From positions 16,457-80,456 of the forward strand of contig JBAVOR010000009.1 of NCBI GenBank assembly GCA_049692255.1: a DNA stretch of 64,000 nt, written 5' to 3'. This DNA comes from Candidatus Babeliales bacterium. Lineage in GTDB: Bacteria > Babelota > Babeliae > Babelales > JACPOV01. Under the pieces are notes generated by a model. It was not told where the DNA came from, made no database searches, and worked only from the letters and a program-made list of their open reading frames with translations. Of the stretch, positions 9,249-19,313 are shown one piece after another; the first letter of the stretch is position 1, and each line of letters begins with the position of its first letter. The translations under genes and the position numbers were made by a program.

Positions 9249-9371
9249 ACATCGTTATTATGCATGTATATATTTTTTTTAGTATAGTGCGTCAGGGAGT
9301 TTTTAAAAGCGCAAAAGAAGCGTGTTTCTTTTTTTTCTTATTGAACAACTTCTTGCTATCGAAAATATACC

Positions 9372-10754
9372 TCAAAAACTTACGCGCCCCAATGCTGCTG
9401 CTACCTTATTAAATGCATCAGTTACTCTTTGTAATGCTGCAGTCAATGCATTGGGTCTTCCAACGGTGGTGTCTTGTTTTGGTTCAGGTACAGGCAAATG
9501 ATACCACTCTTCATCGTCACCTGCTGCAAAATCTACCCACGTTCGTTTGCGGTCTTGATCATCATAGATAATATTTTCAAGCTGTTCTTTAGGCACTCCT
9601 TTGCGTAACGCTGCACGTACTTTCATAAGTATTTTGCCCAAATGATTCTCACCCTTGCCATCTGCGCCAGCACCATAAAAAGAGTCATTCTTGAGCGCAT
9701 TTTCTACCAACACCTGCGGATAGGTGGCAACAAGCATGTCAGCGAGTTGTTGATGTTGATAAAATTTATTTTTAACTGCGTTCATCATGTATGCCAAACT
9801 TTTTTGCTGCCAATCGGAACGTATATCTTTTTTATGCCGTTGTGCAAAATCAAACGCATCATGTGCCATTATAATTTGTTTAATCTGATTCTGTAATCGC
9901 GCATCAGCAAATTTCATAGCTTGATAATAATGTTCTGTCGTAGGCCATTTGCTATTATCAATAGTCACGGGGTAGCCCGCATGAAAATTAGTAAATTCAT
10001 AGAAGGGCTGATTGCTATTATAAAACAGCAATAATGTGTTTGATGATATCTCTTGCCATGAATGCGGTTTGGGCACAGAGGGACTATCTTCTCTACTAGC
10101 TACACCCACTGCAAAACCACTTTTGCCCAGTCGTTCCGCAAGCCACTTGATAGCATTCAGTGTAGCGCCATCAATCCAAATTCTGTCATGCAAAACAGAG
10201 TCCAGAACAATATTTTCAAGTTCGGGGTGCCCATCTAAAGAGACTGGATCTGACACATATTCTGTTCGCAAAGGAACCAATTTAACAGCATCATACTGTG
10301 CATCCGTATGCCCTTCTTCTATAGCTTCTTGCAATGAATCAGACAACTCTTTTTTTGTAGTGAAAGCGACAGGAAAAAAAATAAATGTCTGTGAGGCATC
10401 TGGTTCATAAGAGATAAGTTCCAGAGGTGCAAATAGTTTTTTATGCGAAAGTTGATTGCTAATCGATTGTTGTATTACCAAGCCGATAGTCGCTGCTTGC
10501 AAAGCACTTTCTATAGGAGTTTGACCTTTACCAATAGACACGTGCTTAGTGTCGGTATCAAAGCTTTTATATATATTTATGTCATCATGTGTCGCATGGA
10601 ATAGAAGCACATTCAATGCCTTGCTGCTCTCTTCGCTTCTTTCTTGCACGCACATAATATGCACTGGAATTACTTTTTCTTCTTGTGCAATAATGGCGGA
10701 GCAAATAATTATTTGCAAACACAATAACGCACAAAAGATCGCTTTACTATTCAT
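9372..10754 (-). CDS. Exported protein with a C-terminal NADAR (YbiA/DUF1768) domain and an unknown N-terminal domain
   Basis: 460 aa with a signal peptide (AIFCALLCLQIIICSAIIA). The C-terminal roughly 170 aa (FYEFTNFHAGYPVTIDNSKWPTTEHYYQAMKF...RSDWQQ...MMNAVKNKFYQHQQLADMLVAT...LVENALKNDSFYGAGADGKGENHLGKILMKVR) match the NADAR signature (F.SNF....f...g..w.t.EHyfQa.KF ... W....l..M......KF.q...l...Ll.T....LvE....D..WG.g.dG.G.N.LGkiLm.vR). Confidence 0.75.
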   Translation of the reverse strand: MNSKAIFCALLCLQIIICSAIIAQEEKVIPVHIMCVQERSEESSKALNVLLFHATHDDINIYKSFDTDTKHVSIGKGQTPIESALQAATIGLVIQQSISNQLSHKKLFAPLELISYEPDASQTFIFFPVAFTTKKELSDSLQEAIEEGHTDAQYDAVKLVPLRTEYVSDPVSLDGHPELENIVLDSVLHDRIWIDGATLNAIKWLAERLGKSGFAVGVASREDSPSVPKPHSWQEISSNTLLLFYNSNQPFYEFTNFHAGYPVTIDNSKWPTTEHYYQAMKFADARLQNQIKQIIMAHDAFDFAQRHKKDIRSDWQQKSLAYMMNAVKNKFYQHQQLADMLVATYPQVLVENALKNDSFYGAGADGKGENHLGKILMKVRAALRKGVPKEQLENIIYDDQDRKRTWVDFAAGDDEEWYHLPVPEPKQDTTVGRPNALTAALQRVTDAFNKVAAALGRVSF

Positions 10755-10795
10755 TGCTTATCTCCTTTTTTAACAAGACATGAAAAAGCTGTTTA

Positions 10796-12292
10796 CTATT
10801 CAGCAAACATGGTATGAAACTCGTGCGCTACGCCGCGTATCTTTTTCTGCAGTTCATCTGAAAGATCTTTGGTACGCTCAATGGCAGTGTACAATTCTTG
10901 ATATGTTGAGCGCACATAACTCACAAAACGATCTGCATATGCATGTACCTGTGGCAACGGCAAGCTGTCTAAGAAGTTCTCTTTTAACAGAAACAACATA
11001 AGTGTTTGATCGATAAATGAATAGCCGCTTAGAGGCGCTTGCTTGAGCAGTTCTACTGCCAATGCGCCACGCTGCAATTTTTTTTGCGAAACGGTATCAA
11101 GCTCTGTGCCAAACTGCGCAAAATCGAGCAGTTCATGGTACTGTGCTAACTCTAAACGCAATGCGCGAGTAACTTTTTTAATCGCTTTTGTCTGTGCAGC
11201 ACCACCAACACGCGAAACCGATAGTTCAACGTTTACTGCTGGGCGAATGTTTTGATTAAATAAGTTGGAATCGAGAAATATTTGCCCATCGGTAATAGAA
11301 ATTAAATTTGTTGGCACGTACGCAGTAATATCATCGCTTTGAGTCTGTGCGATCGGCAGTGCAGTAATTGAGCCACCACGCATGAATTTACCCGCACGCT
11401 CAAGTAAGCGCGAATGAAGATAGAACACGTCGCCCGGATACGCTTCACGCCCCGGTGGACGCCTTAGCAAAAGCGACATTTCGCGATAGGCAATCGCATG
11501 GTTTGATAAATCGTCATAGATAACCAGCACGTCATGCCCTTGATCGCGGAAATATTCAGCTATTGTGCAACCAACATACGGTGCTAAGTACTGCTTTAAC
11601 ACGGCTTCAGATGCCTCCGCACTGACAATCACCGTATAACTAAGAGCATCTTGCTGCATCAATGTTTGCATAAACCGAATGAGTGATGATTGTCGTTGTC
11701 CTATAGACACATAGATACATAATACATTCTTATTTTTTTGATGAACAATGGCGTCTAAGATAAGAGATGTCTTACCGGTATTACGATTACCAATAATCAA
11801 CTCACGCTGTCCCTTGCCTATTGGTACGAGCGCATCGATAGCAGTAACGCCCGTTTCTAATGATTCATTAACGGGGCTCCGTTCAACAATACCAGGAGCT
11901 GAAGCTTCAACAGGGCGATACTCATGTGCATCAATGGAACCAACATTATCAAGTGGTTTACCGGTCACGTCGATAACGCGTCCCAGCAGTTGCATGCTGA
12001 CCGGTATTTTAAATACGGTACCCGACCGCTTTACCATTTCTTGCTCAGACACTGCAATGCTTGCATCAAATAAAAATACCGATACCGAATCTTCATCCAT
12101 GCTCATGACGATACCGCGATTGCCGCGATCGAAATACACAAGCTCTCCAAACAGTACGTTAGTAAGCCCATAGACACGGCAAATACCGTCTCCTACTTGC
12201 ATTACGGTACCAATTTCTTCAAGGTTAGCCGGGGCTACTTCTTGTAATGCTTTTTCAAATATTGAAACAAGATCAGCATTTTTTTCTATCAT
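10796..12292 (-). CDS. atpA: F-type ATP synthase subunit alpha
   Basis: 498 aa. Walker A is GNRNTGKTSL. DDLSNHAIAYREMSLLLRRPPGREAYPGDVFYLHSRLLERA is near-canonical for AtpA. Confidence 0.95.
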   Translation of the reverse strand: MIEKNADLVSIFEKALQEVAPANLEEIGTVMQVGDGICRVYGLTNVLFGELVYFDRGNRGIVMSMDEDSVSVFLFDASIAVSEQEMVKRSGTVFKIPVSMQLLGRVIDVTGKPLDNVGSIDAHEYRPVEASAPGIVERSPVNESLETGVTAIDALVPIGKGQRELIIGNRNTGKTSLILDAIVHQKNKNVLCIYVSIGQRQSSLIRFMQTLMQQDALSYTVIVSAEASEAVLKQYLAPYVGCTIAEYFRDQGHDVLVIYDDLSNHAIAYREMSLLLRRPPGREAYPGDVFYLHSRLLERAGKFMRGGSITALPIAQTQSDDITAYVPTNLISITDGQIFLDSNLFNQNIRPAVNVELSVSRVGGAAQTKAIKKVTRALRLELAQYHELLDFAQFGTELDTVSQKKLQRGALAVELLKQAPLSGYSFIDQTLMLFLLKENFLDSLPLPQVHAYADRFVSYVRSTYQELYTAIERTKDLSDELQKKIRGVAHEFHTMFAE

Positions 12293-12846
12293 GCATATCC
12301 TTTGCGAACCATCTTAGCACAGTCATTCAATCGTTTGCGTATTGAGTCTTCCCATAACACGGTTGATGAACTGATGCGAACTCCTGCTATTAAAGCAGTA
12401 TCTACCTTTGTGGTATATATAATTTCTTTTCCAGCCATTTTTTCAAAAAAATGGGCAATCGTTTCATATTCTTGCGATAGCACCGGACATGCCGTTTCTA
12501 TCGTACAACGGAGCATATCATGCTTTTGATAATAGAGAGTGACTATAGAGTGCGTTACTAATCCCAATAGCTGCAACCGCGCATGCTGCATTAATAGCAT
12601 AACTATTGCTAGCCAACTCTCTACTGCGCATTGTTTTGCTAATCGCGTAAACCATTGCTGCTGCAACGCTGCTGCGTGAGGGAATTTAATGAGAGCGCGC
12701 GCTCGTGTATCATCAATAAAAAGGCGCGCCAACAGTTCCAATGTAGCAATATGAGTACGATCGAGCGTATGCCCATACACTCCCATATACGCCTGTGCAT
12801 ACAAACGAGCAAGTTTTTGTTGGTTATTCATCAACGACACCGTCAT
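12289..12846 (-). CDS. atpH: F-type ATP synthase subunit delta (OSCP), divergent
   Basis: It lies between b and alpha. The C-terminal part LIAGVRISSSTVLWEDSIRKRL resembles the delta pattern (GG..v.igd...D.S....L). I set the start at 12846, giving an ATGA overlap with the atpF stop. Its stop forms an ATGA overlap with the atpA start at 12289-12292. Confidence 0.7.
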   Translation of the reverse strand: MTVSLMNNQQKLARLYAQAYMGVYGHTLDRTHIATLELLARLFIDDTRARALIKFPHAAALQQQWFTRLAKQCAVESWLAIVMLLMQHARLQLLGLVTHSIVTLYYQKHDMLRCTIETACPVLSQEYETIAHFFEKMAGKEIIYTTKVDTALIAGVRISSSTVLWEDSIRKRLNDCAKMVRKGYA

Positions 12847-13322
12847 TTTTTCATAGTTTGTATAACCTGATGCGTAAACGTCTGGCACGCTTCAGATGAT
12901 TGAAACTGTTTTCCCAACTCTTCTGTTAACTGCGCAAAAGCTTCCTCTGTTACTCGCTGGTAAGCAAGCACTTGTGTATACTCCTGCGCCGTACGACGCC
13001 GTTGTTGTTGCCAAGCAGCAAATGAACGTTCAGTGGCAGCCTGTTGTACACTCATGCGTTGTTGCTCATCAGCACGCCATTGATCAATTTTTATCAATAA
13101 CGACTGTGCTTGTTGTTCTTGTATGTGCGCTTCTTGCTTTGCTTGCACATAACCGTCTTGTAGTAATTCTTTTTGTTGCGCCAACAACTGCTGATGCGCC
13201 GCTTCTTCTTGTATGCCCTCTGCGAGCGCCGGAATCACTTTTTTACGCACGAGGTATCCAAATAACCCAATCAATATCATAAAATTGATAAGGCGAAAAA
13301 GAATAATCAGTATTTCATTCAT
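12843..13322 (-). CDS. atpF: F-type ATP synthase subunit b
   Basis: 159 aa. A single N-terminal TM segment (ILIILFRLINFMILIGLFGYLV) is followed by a long Q/E/A-rich coiled coil. The position is immediately upstream of delta. Confidence 0.7.
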   Translation of the reverse strand: MNEILIILFRLINFMILIGLFGYLVRKKVIPALAEGIQEEAAHQQLLAQQKELLQDGYVQAKQEAHIQEQQAQSLLIKIDQWRADEQQRMSVQQAATERSFAAWQQQRRRTAQEYTQVLAYQRVTEEAFAQLTEELGKQFQSSEACQTFTHQVIQTMKK

Positions 13323-13674
13323 GAATTACTCGTTTGTATAATGATCGCTTACACGATTCAACAAGCCTCATATCAACTGGTGCCTCTTGCAATCGCTCTG
13401 CTGCTTCTTGCGCAACTGCCAATGGCGCTAAGTGCCTTGTTATCAGGGGTGCACGCTCACGATAGGCCTCTTTGGCTCTGTCCCATGCCTGGTGGGTCTG
13501 CTGCGCAACGCCATCGATTTCCTGTTGCGTGCGCATGATACCTTTTTTCAACTCCGCCTCATGCGCTCTTTGTTTTAAAACAAGCGCAACGGCTGTACGA
13601 AGAAACAGTCTATCGATAATACAATAGGCAATAAATAAGTGTATCATTTGTACAAACAGGGTACCGTTAATCAT
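13315..13674 (-). CDS. Putative ATP synthase subunit b' (second b-like subunit)
   Basis: 119 aa with an N-terminal TM segment (LFVQMIHLFIAYCIIDRLF) and a charged helix. It lies between c and b and overlaps the atpF start by 8 nt. Confidence 0.5.
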   Translation of the reverse strand: MINGTLFVQMIHLFIAYCIIDRLFLRTAVALVLKQRAHEAELKKGIMRTQQEIDGVAQQTHQAWDRAKEAYRERAPLITRHLAPLAVAQEAAERLQEAPVDMRLVESCKRSLYKRVIHE

Positions 13675-13699
13675 TGCGTTCCCTCAAACGTCTCTCTCT

Positions 13700-13954
13700 C
13701 TAGGCCATGCGTGCCATGAGCAATATAACGAATGCTATCACCAAACAGTAGACGGCAGACGTTTCAATCATAAACAATGCTAAACCCATTGCTTGGCGGA
13801 TATCACGCACGCTCTCTGGGTACTTACCAATATTTTCACAGGCTTTTGCCCCAACGAGCCCTTGCCCATACGCAGGGGAAATGCTCCCAATGCCCATCAC
13901 TAATGCCGCGGCAATAAATGAAGCCGCTTTTACCATATACACACCGTCTGTCAT
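13700..13954 (-). CDS. atpE: F-type ATP synthase subunit c
   Basis: Two-TM hairpin with a polar loop. The carboxylate residue sits in LALFMIETSAVYCLVIAF. I set the start at the ATG at 13954, which has an AAAGGA SD 6 nt upstream; the track ORF starts at an upstream TTG. Confidence 0.85.
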   Translation of the reverse strand: MTDGVYMVKAASFIAAALVMGIGSISPAYGQGLVGAKACENIGKYPESVRDIRQAMGLALFMIETSAVYCLVIAFVILLMARMA

Positions 13955-14170
13955 AATATCCTTTCGCAACAATAAAACTAATGCTAATTAATCATTTTAG
14001 CCCAAGAACGTTATATTGTTCAAGCAGAAAATGATGAACGGCCCACTAAACAGTAAAAATCACCTTTCTATTTTTGCTAAACTGAGAAATCTGTGATAAC
14101 GTACCTCTACTTAAATTAGTGCATAAGAATTATCACTCTATTACCATATTTGAGGGAGTAGAAGCGCTCC

Positions 14171-15811
14171 ATGAATAAAAAAGGTGTATGTCTCATTCTA
14201 CTGCTTTTACACACAAGCAGTACGTTACCTAATAAAAACTCTTCTGTCAGCCATTATGACATTGAACAGGAACTCGAGGGCCTGTTTGATGACGATTCAG
14301 ATGCGGATACGCTCTTTAACGAGCCGCCAAAAGAAGTGACCGCCGAAATAGTCTTGGGATATATCACGCGGCGGCGACAGACAGAAGCAACCCGCGCCGA
14401 ATGCCCGACCAGTCCCCAGACCATCATTGATGCCCAAAAAATATTACGGGAAGACTTGTACTTGTATACCCATCCGTTTAATCAACGGTCTCTGTTGGAT
14501 ATGCCACAATTTTATTTTTCAGGGTACCGCGACTGCTTACGAGCAGAAGGGCAACCCTGGCAGCTTACTTGTCAATTCTTTTACAACCAGATGGACAGCT
14601 CTTTTTTTACCAATACCGATCATCATCTCAATTCTTATTTAGCACTGGACAACCCGAACTTCATCCCTGATATCGACGATCTCGGGTTTAATATCAATTT
14701 ATTGAAAGTTTTTGAAATTGTTGGCGGGGCACGCGTTACCCAATATCGTGCTGGTGCTATGCTCGGGGCACAGTATTTAAAGGGTAAATGGCTTATTCAA
14801 TGGTGGACCCCCATAGAATATTTATTACGCCATTTCGATTTGAATGTGCTTGAACAAGAAGATCTTACCCAAGAGCTTCATCAAAAGGAGCGTGATAAGG
14901 AAGAAGAATGGGGATTTGCCGAACGACATTTAATTGCGGACAGGGTGGGGATGGGAGATTTCCGCTTAGACGTTGCATATCGCTTTGTTCATGACGATTA
15001 TATCAATTTCCATGCAGGCATTGAAACAACGTTCCCCCTTGCATGGGCGTTTAAAAAAGGATTACTTGGCAATCATTTTAAAAAGAATATGTCAACACCT
15101 GAGCTCGATTTAATTGATCTTTTGAATACTGCCTTAACTGATTTAACGCAAGCACAACAAATAGGCACCAATTTCTTGCTTGCGGCACTCAATAGGCTTT
15201 CGCGCATCCTCCTTGAAGATGGGCTGGGCAATAACGGACACGTGGGGATGGGACCATTCTTTTTGTGCAATCTACAGGTATCTGAAAAGCTCCAGTTTAA
15301 AACACGGGCAGTTGTCGAATATCTCTTCCAAGCACAAGAACGCCGCTATTACATTCAAAAGAAGGATATTGCTGCCTTTGACGCAGTCTTGAATCCGGAA
15401 GTTGTCAATTGCGATGCAGAGCTCACCTTTTTACAACAGCAACTGGTCAATACTCTATTCCCGCAAGGGTTCGATACGGTTGTATTCCCTGGTTTCCTTA
15501 CTAAAATTACTACTGCATTAACCGGTGATATGGCAGAACGATGGCGCCTCACGCTCGGCTACGATTTTTGGTATCAACAACAAGAAAAATTAGGCAACAT
15601 CGATGCACCAAAAAATGAAAAAGAGCTACTCAAGAAACAACTCGCTCGCTGCACACCAGCATTTCAAAATAAAATATTTGGTGGCCTCAGTTACATACGC
15701 CCGTACAGTAATCTAGATTGGGCGCTAACCGTCTGGGGAGACATGACCTTTATGAATATGGGCATTGGTAAAGATTTTAATCTCGGTCTCTCATTCGAAC
15801 TGTTATTATAA
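14171..15811 (+). CDS. Hypothetical exported protein, possibly an outer-membrane beta-barrel
   Basis: 546 aa with a signal peptide (VCLILLLLHTSS). The C-terminal region has alternating hydrophobic residues (DWALTVWGDMTFMNMGIGKDFNLGLSFELLL). I recognise no family. Confidence 0.35.
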   Translation: MNKKGVCLILLLLHTSSTLPNKNSSVSHYDIEQELEGLFDDDSDADTLFNEPPKEVTAEIVLGYITRRRQTEATRAECPTSPQTIIDAQKILREDLYLYTHPFNQRSLLDMPQFYFSGYRDCLRAEGQPWQLTCQFFYNQMDSSFFTNTDHHLNSYLALDNPNFIPDIDDLGFNINLLKVFEIVGGARVTQYRAGAMLGAQYLKGKWLIQWWTPIEYLLRHFDLNVLEQEDLTQELHQKERDKEEEWGFAERHLIADRVGMGDFRLDVAYRFVHDDYINFHAGIETTFPLAWAFKKGLLGNHFKKNMSTPELDLIDLLNTALTDLTQAQQIGTNFLLAALNRLSRILLEDGLGNNGHVGMGPFFLCNLQVSEKLQFKTRAVVEYLFQAQERRYYIQKKDIAAFDAVLNPEVVNCDAELTFLQQQLVNTLFPQGFDTVVFPGFLTKITTALTGDMAERWRLTLGYDFWYQQQEKLGNIDAPKNEKELLKKQLARCTPAFQNKIFGGLSYIRPYSNLDWALTVWGDMTFMNMGIGKDFNLGLSFELLL

Positions 15812-15855
15812 CGTATAATGGTTTATCATTATTTTTTATGTACCAAGGAGTTTTT

Positions 15856-16515
15856 ATGAAGATGCACAAAAAACATCAATACCGTATTACTGCGCTCATA
15901 GCACTCAGTAGCGCATTGGCATACGCAGGAGAAATACATCATGCACCAAAAGATTTACCCATCAATGTGCCATCCGTTTTTGACGGCACCCCTTTAGGCA
16001 TTAACGATCATAAAATAAAGCAGTTGCTTTACATTACTAAAAAAGTTGAAGATCTATTATACGGCGTGCTCGACCATACTACCAATGCACGTATGGGCAA
16101 ATATGTGTTCCGCTCTAATAATCAATCGATACAATCGTTGACACGCTTAGAAACAAGTGACGAACTGACTGAACAAGAAATGGAAATGTTCCGCCCATTA
16201 CTCCACCAAGCGATAGAAGATTTTATTAAAGTTGCTACCCCATTTGTTGCCCAAGCACGTGGCGTCAAGATTATCACTCTACGCTTTATTGATGAATGGG
16301 CACACAAGCATCATCGCACACACAGCTATTTACTCGACTGGAGCAGAGAAGAAGATGGCAAAGAGTTAGATGCGTTCAGAAGAAACGTGCAAACGTTTAG
16401 ACAACTTGATGAATTCTGCGTAGACTTAGTAAGCTTTATTAGCGATCTTATACGCAGTTGTCCGCAAGGGTGGCAACAGTTTCTCGAAACACAAAAACAG
16501 CAACGTAGAAAATAA
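15856..16515 (+). CDS. Hypothetical secreted protein
   Basis: A strong AAGGAG SD lies 5 nt before the ATG at 15856. The signal peptide is MKMHKKHQYRITALIALSSALAYA. No family recognised. Confidence 0.5.
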   Translation: MKMHKKHQYRITALIALSSALAYAGEIHHAPKDLPINVPSVFDGTPLGINDHKIKQLLYITKKVEDLLYGVLDHTTNARMGKYVFRSNNQSIQSLTRLETSDELTEQEMEMFRPLLHQAIEDFIKVATPFVAQARGVKIITLRFIDEWAHKHHRTHSYLLDWSREEDGKELDAFRRNVQTFRQLDEFCVDLVSFISDLIRSCPQGWQQFLETQKQQRRK

Positions 16516-16524
16516 ACAGATTAT

Positions 16525-18696
16525 ATGACTCCTGTTGATCAATTGCAAGGCACCATCGACCGTATCCTTTTCAATAACCAAGAAACAGGATTTTCGGTAT
16601 TTGTTATGGTCGGCACTAATAAACAGGAAATCATTGTAACAGGTACCCTGCCTACACTTCAAGCAGGCGAACAAGTAACGGTACAGGGTAGTTGGGTAAT
16701 GCACCCAAAGTTTGGTAAACAGTTCCAAGCAACTACGTGCGTAGCTCAACTACCTACCACTGTTGTGGGCATTGAAAAATATTTAGGCTCTGGCCTGATC
16801 AAAGGCATTGGTAAAGCATTCGCAAAAAAAATTGTCGCACGCTTTGGAGCGAATACGCTCACCATTATTGAACAAGAACCGGAACGTCTTGCTACCATTG
16901 AGGGCATCGGCACCAAACGTATCGATCAAATCAAGCACGCATGGCACCAGCAAAAAGCGGTGTCAGCAATTATGATCTTTCTGCAGGAAAAAGATATTTC
17001 ACCGGTATTTGCCACAAAAATTTATAAACAATATGGTCAGAACGCTATTGCTCTTTTGCAAGAAAATCCCTATCGATTAGCAGAAGATATTTGGGGAGTT
17101 GGTTTTAAGACGGCAGATACTATAGCGCACAAGATTGGTATTGCCAAAAATTCGATCCAACGAGTCAAAGCGGGGTTACTGTTCGTATTAAGTCAGGCTA
17201 CCAATCAAGGACATCTGTATCTGACCGTTGATCAACTAAAAGAACAAGCAATTACCTTGCTTGAACTGGCCGGTGCTGATGAACAGTTATGCAAAACTGC
17301 ACTGCATGAACTATACGAACAAACAAAAATTAAACTTATCAGTCACCAAGATGCCCATTACATTGCGCTCTCCCAATATTATTTTAGTGAAAAAGGGGTA
17401 GCACAACGGCTTAAAAACCTTCAAGAAACAGTCTCTGATATCGTGTTCGATATTGCATCAATTTATACTCAATTGCGCACAGAAACGTCAGGACACATAG
17501 AACTCAACGAAGATCAACAACGCGCTATTTTAACCTGCTTACAAAATAAAGTAACAGTTATTACGGGCGGTCCCGGCACGGGTAAAACAACGCTCATCAA
17601 ACGATTACTTTCATTACTTGATGCGCAGCATTTACAGTACCATCTTGCTGCTCCCACGGGACGTGCGGCAAAACGCATTATTGAAGGGACAGGAAAATAT
17701 GCCGCAACCTTACATCGATTGCTCCAATTCGATGCAAGCAATTTTAGCTTTATACACAACGAAAAAAATGCACTGAAAGGCCAGTTCTTTATTATCGATG
17801 AATCTTCAATGATCGATATTTTCTTAGCTGCAGCGTTGGTTAAAGCGATTCCGTTACGCGCCCATCTCATTTTTATTGGGGATACCGACCAACTACCTTC
17901 TGTTGGCGCGGGGAACTTTTTATCAGACTTACTCAAAACCCCTTCCATTGCTCACGTACGCTTAACTCATATTTTTAGGCAAGCAGCAAACAGCCTTATT
18001 GTGGTTAATGCCCATAGAATTAATCGTGGTGAATTTCCCGTCTTTCAAGCACCCGATACTAAAAAAGATTTTATTTTTATTAAAGAAGAAAAAGTAGAGA
18101 ATCTCGTTCACCATATTCATCGCTTTTGCCAGAATAAATCTCTCAATCCGTATGTTGAAGATACCATGATTTTGACCCCTATGAACAAAGGGGTTGCTGG
18201 CACCCATAATCTCAACCATCAATTACAGCCATTACTTAATCCACACGAAAAGCCAAGCTATACCCACATAGGAACGCAATACAAGGTAGGTGATCGGGTC
18301 ATGCAAATTCGTAATAATTACGATAAGCATGTTTTTAATGGTGATATTGGGATTATCGAAGATATTGATACTGAAATGCACACTATAACTGTTCGTTTTG
18401 ATGAACGGGAAGTGACATACGATACGCATGAAATGGATGAGCTGGTGCTTGCGTATGCTATCTCTATTCATAAAAGCCAGGGTTCAGAGTACGGGGCTGT
18501 GATTATTCCTCTGTTCATGCAACATTTTATGTTGCTGCAGCGCAATTTACTGTATACTGCAATAACACGTGCAAAAAGGTTATGTATTATTATCGGCCAA
18601 CCAAAGGCATTGGCGATTGCCATCAAGAATAATAAGACCGTACAAAGACAAACATTTTTAAAAGAATTTTTAAGTTCAGATTTAACATGTCGTTAA
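16525..18696 (+). CDS. recD2: RecD2-type SF1B ATP-dependent DNA helicase
   Basis: 723 aa. The N-terminus GTIDRILFNNQETGFSVFVM is typical of RecD2. There are HhH-like repeats (GIGKAFAKKIV, GIGTKRIDQI). Walker A is ITGGPGTGKTT, Walker B is FIIDESSMID, then FIGDTDQLPSVGAGN, and the C-terminal motif is AISIHKSQGSEY. Confidence 0.9.
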   Translation: MTPVDQLQGTIDRILFNNQETGFSVFVMVGTNKQEIIVTGTLPTLQAGEQVTVQGSWVMHPKFGKQFQATTCVAQLPTTVVGIEKYLGSGLIKGIGKAFAKKIVARFGANTLTIIEQEPERLATIEGIGTKRIDQIKHAWHQQKAVSAIMIFLQEKDISPVFATKIYKQYGQNAIALLQENPYRLAEDIWGVGFKTADTIAHKIGIAKNSIQRVKAGLLFVLSQATNQGHLYLTVDQLKEQAITLLELAGADEQLCKTALHELYEQTKIKLISHQDAHYIALSQYYFSEKGVAQRLKNLQETVSDIVFDIASIYTQLRTETSGHIELNEDQQRAILTCLQNKVTVITGGPGTGKTTLIKRLLSLLDAQHLQYHLAAPTGRAAKRIIEGTGKYAATLHRLLQFDASNFSFIHNEKNALKGQFFIIDESSMIDIFLAAALVKAIPLRAHLIFIGDTDQLPSVGAGNFLSDLLKTPSIAHVRLTHIFRQAANSLIVVNAHRINRGEFPVFQAPDTKKDFIFIKEEKVENLVHHIHRFCQNKSLNPYVEDTMILTPMNKGVAGTHNLNHQLQPLLNPHEKPSYTHIGTQYKVGDRVMQIRNNYDKHVFNGDIGIIEDIDTEMHTITVRFDEREVTYDTHEMDELVLAYAISIHKSQGSEYGAVIIPLFMQHFMLLQRNLLYTAITRAKRLCIIIGQPKALAIAIKNNKTVQRQTFLKEFLSSDLTCR

Positions 18697-19313
18697 CCCG
18701 TTTTTTTATTTTTCTTTGGTGTTTATGCACCTGTCTTCATGCGTCTGCAGTACGTATTATGCTCCAGGCAACAAATACCGGTAGCAATAGTACCTATGCG
18801 CTGAGTATATGTCAGCAGATCAAAAAAAAATTGGAACTAACCCCAGAAGTTACCGTTATTATTGCACAAAAGAGTAGTAAAGATAATGAACTGCAAGAGC
18901 TAGCAACACTAGCCAATACGCTCTCAATCGATTTATTTGTAAGCATAGCAGTCATGGAAAACCATGGAACAGCAGATACCATAGATATCTTCACGTTTAC
19001 TGCCATGTCTGATGCAACAATCTGCCTAACCGATGATGCTCATCCGTGGATTAGCTATGCGGATGCCCATAGGCCCCAGCAAAAAAAGAGCAATCACTAT
19101 GCACACGTTATAGCAGAGAGTATTGCGCAAAATGCGCGATTTCATTTTGCATGCTTTGGCCCTTCTGCTATTCCCTATAAAATATTACAAGGCATACAAG
19201 TGAGCGCATGCGCTATCGAATGTACCGTTAAAAATAGTTTTTCATGCGATTACCTAATCGAAGAAATAGCTCTTGCGTTGCAAACAGTTATCCCCCTCTT
19301 ACAACCATCATGA
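18687..19313 (+). CDS. Amidase_3 (AmiC/LytC)-like protein with substituted catalytic residues (putatively inactive)
   Basis: 208 aa with a signal peptide. The order of conserved blocks resembles N-acetylmuramoyl-L-alanine amidase: VRIMLQATNTG for viDPGHGG, LATLANTLSIDLFVSIAVMEN for R...An...adlFvSiHaNa, and PYKILQGIQVSACAIECTVKN for f.vLr...paVLvE.gf.sN. The His and Glu Zn ligands appear replaced. The start overlaps recD2 by 10 nt. Confidence 0.4.
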   Translation: MSLTRFFIFLWCLCTCLHASAVRIMLQATNTGSNSTYALSICQQIKKKLELTPEVTVIIAQKSSKDNELQELATLANTLSIDLFVSIAVMENHGTADTIDIFTFTAMSDATICLTDDAHPWISYADAHRPQQKKSNHYAHVIAESIAQNARFHFACFGPSAIPYKILQGIQVSACAIECTVKNSFSCDYLIEEIALALQTVIPLLQPS

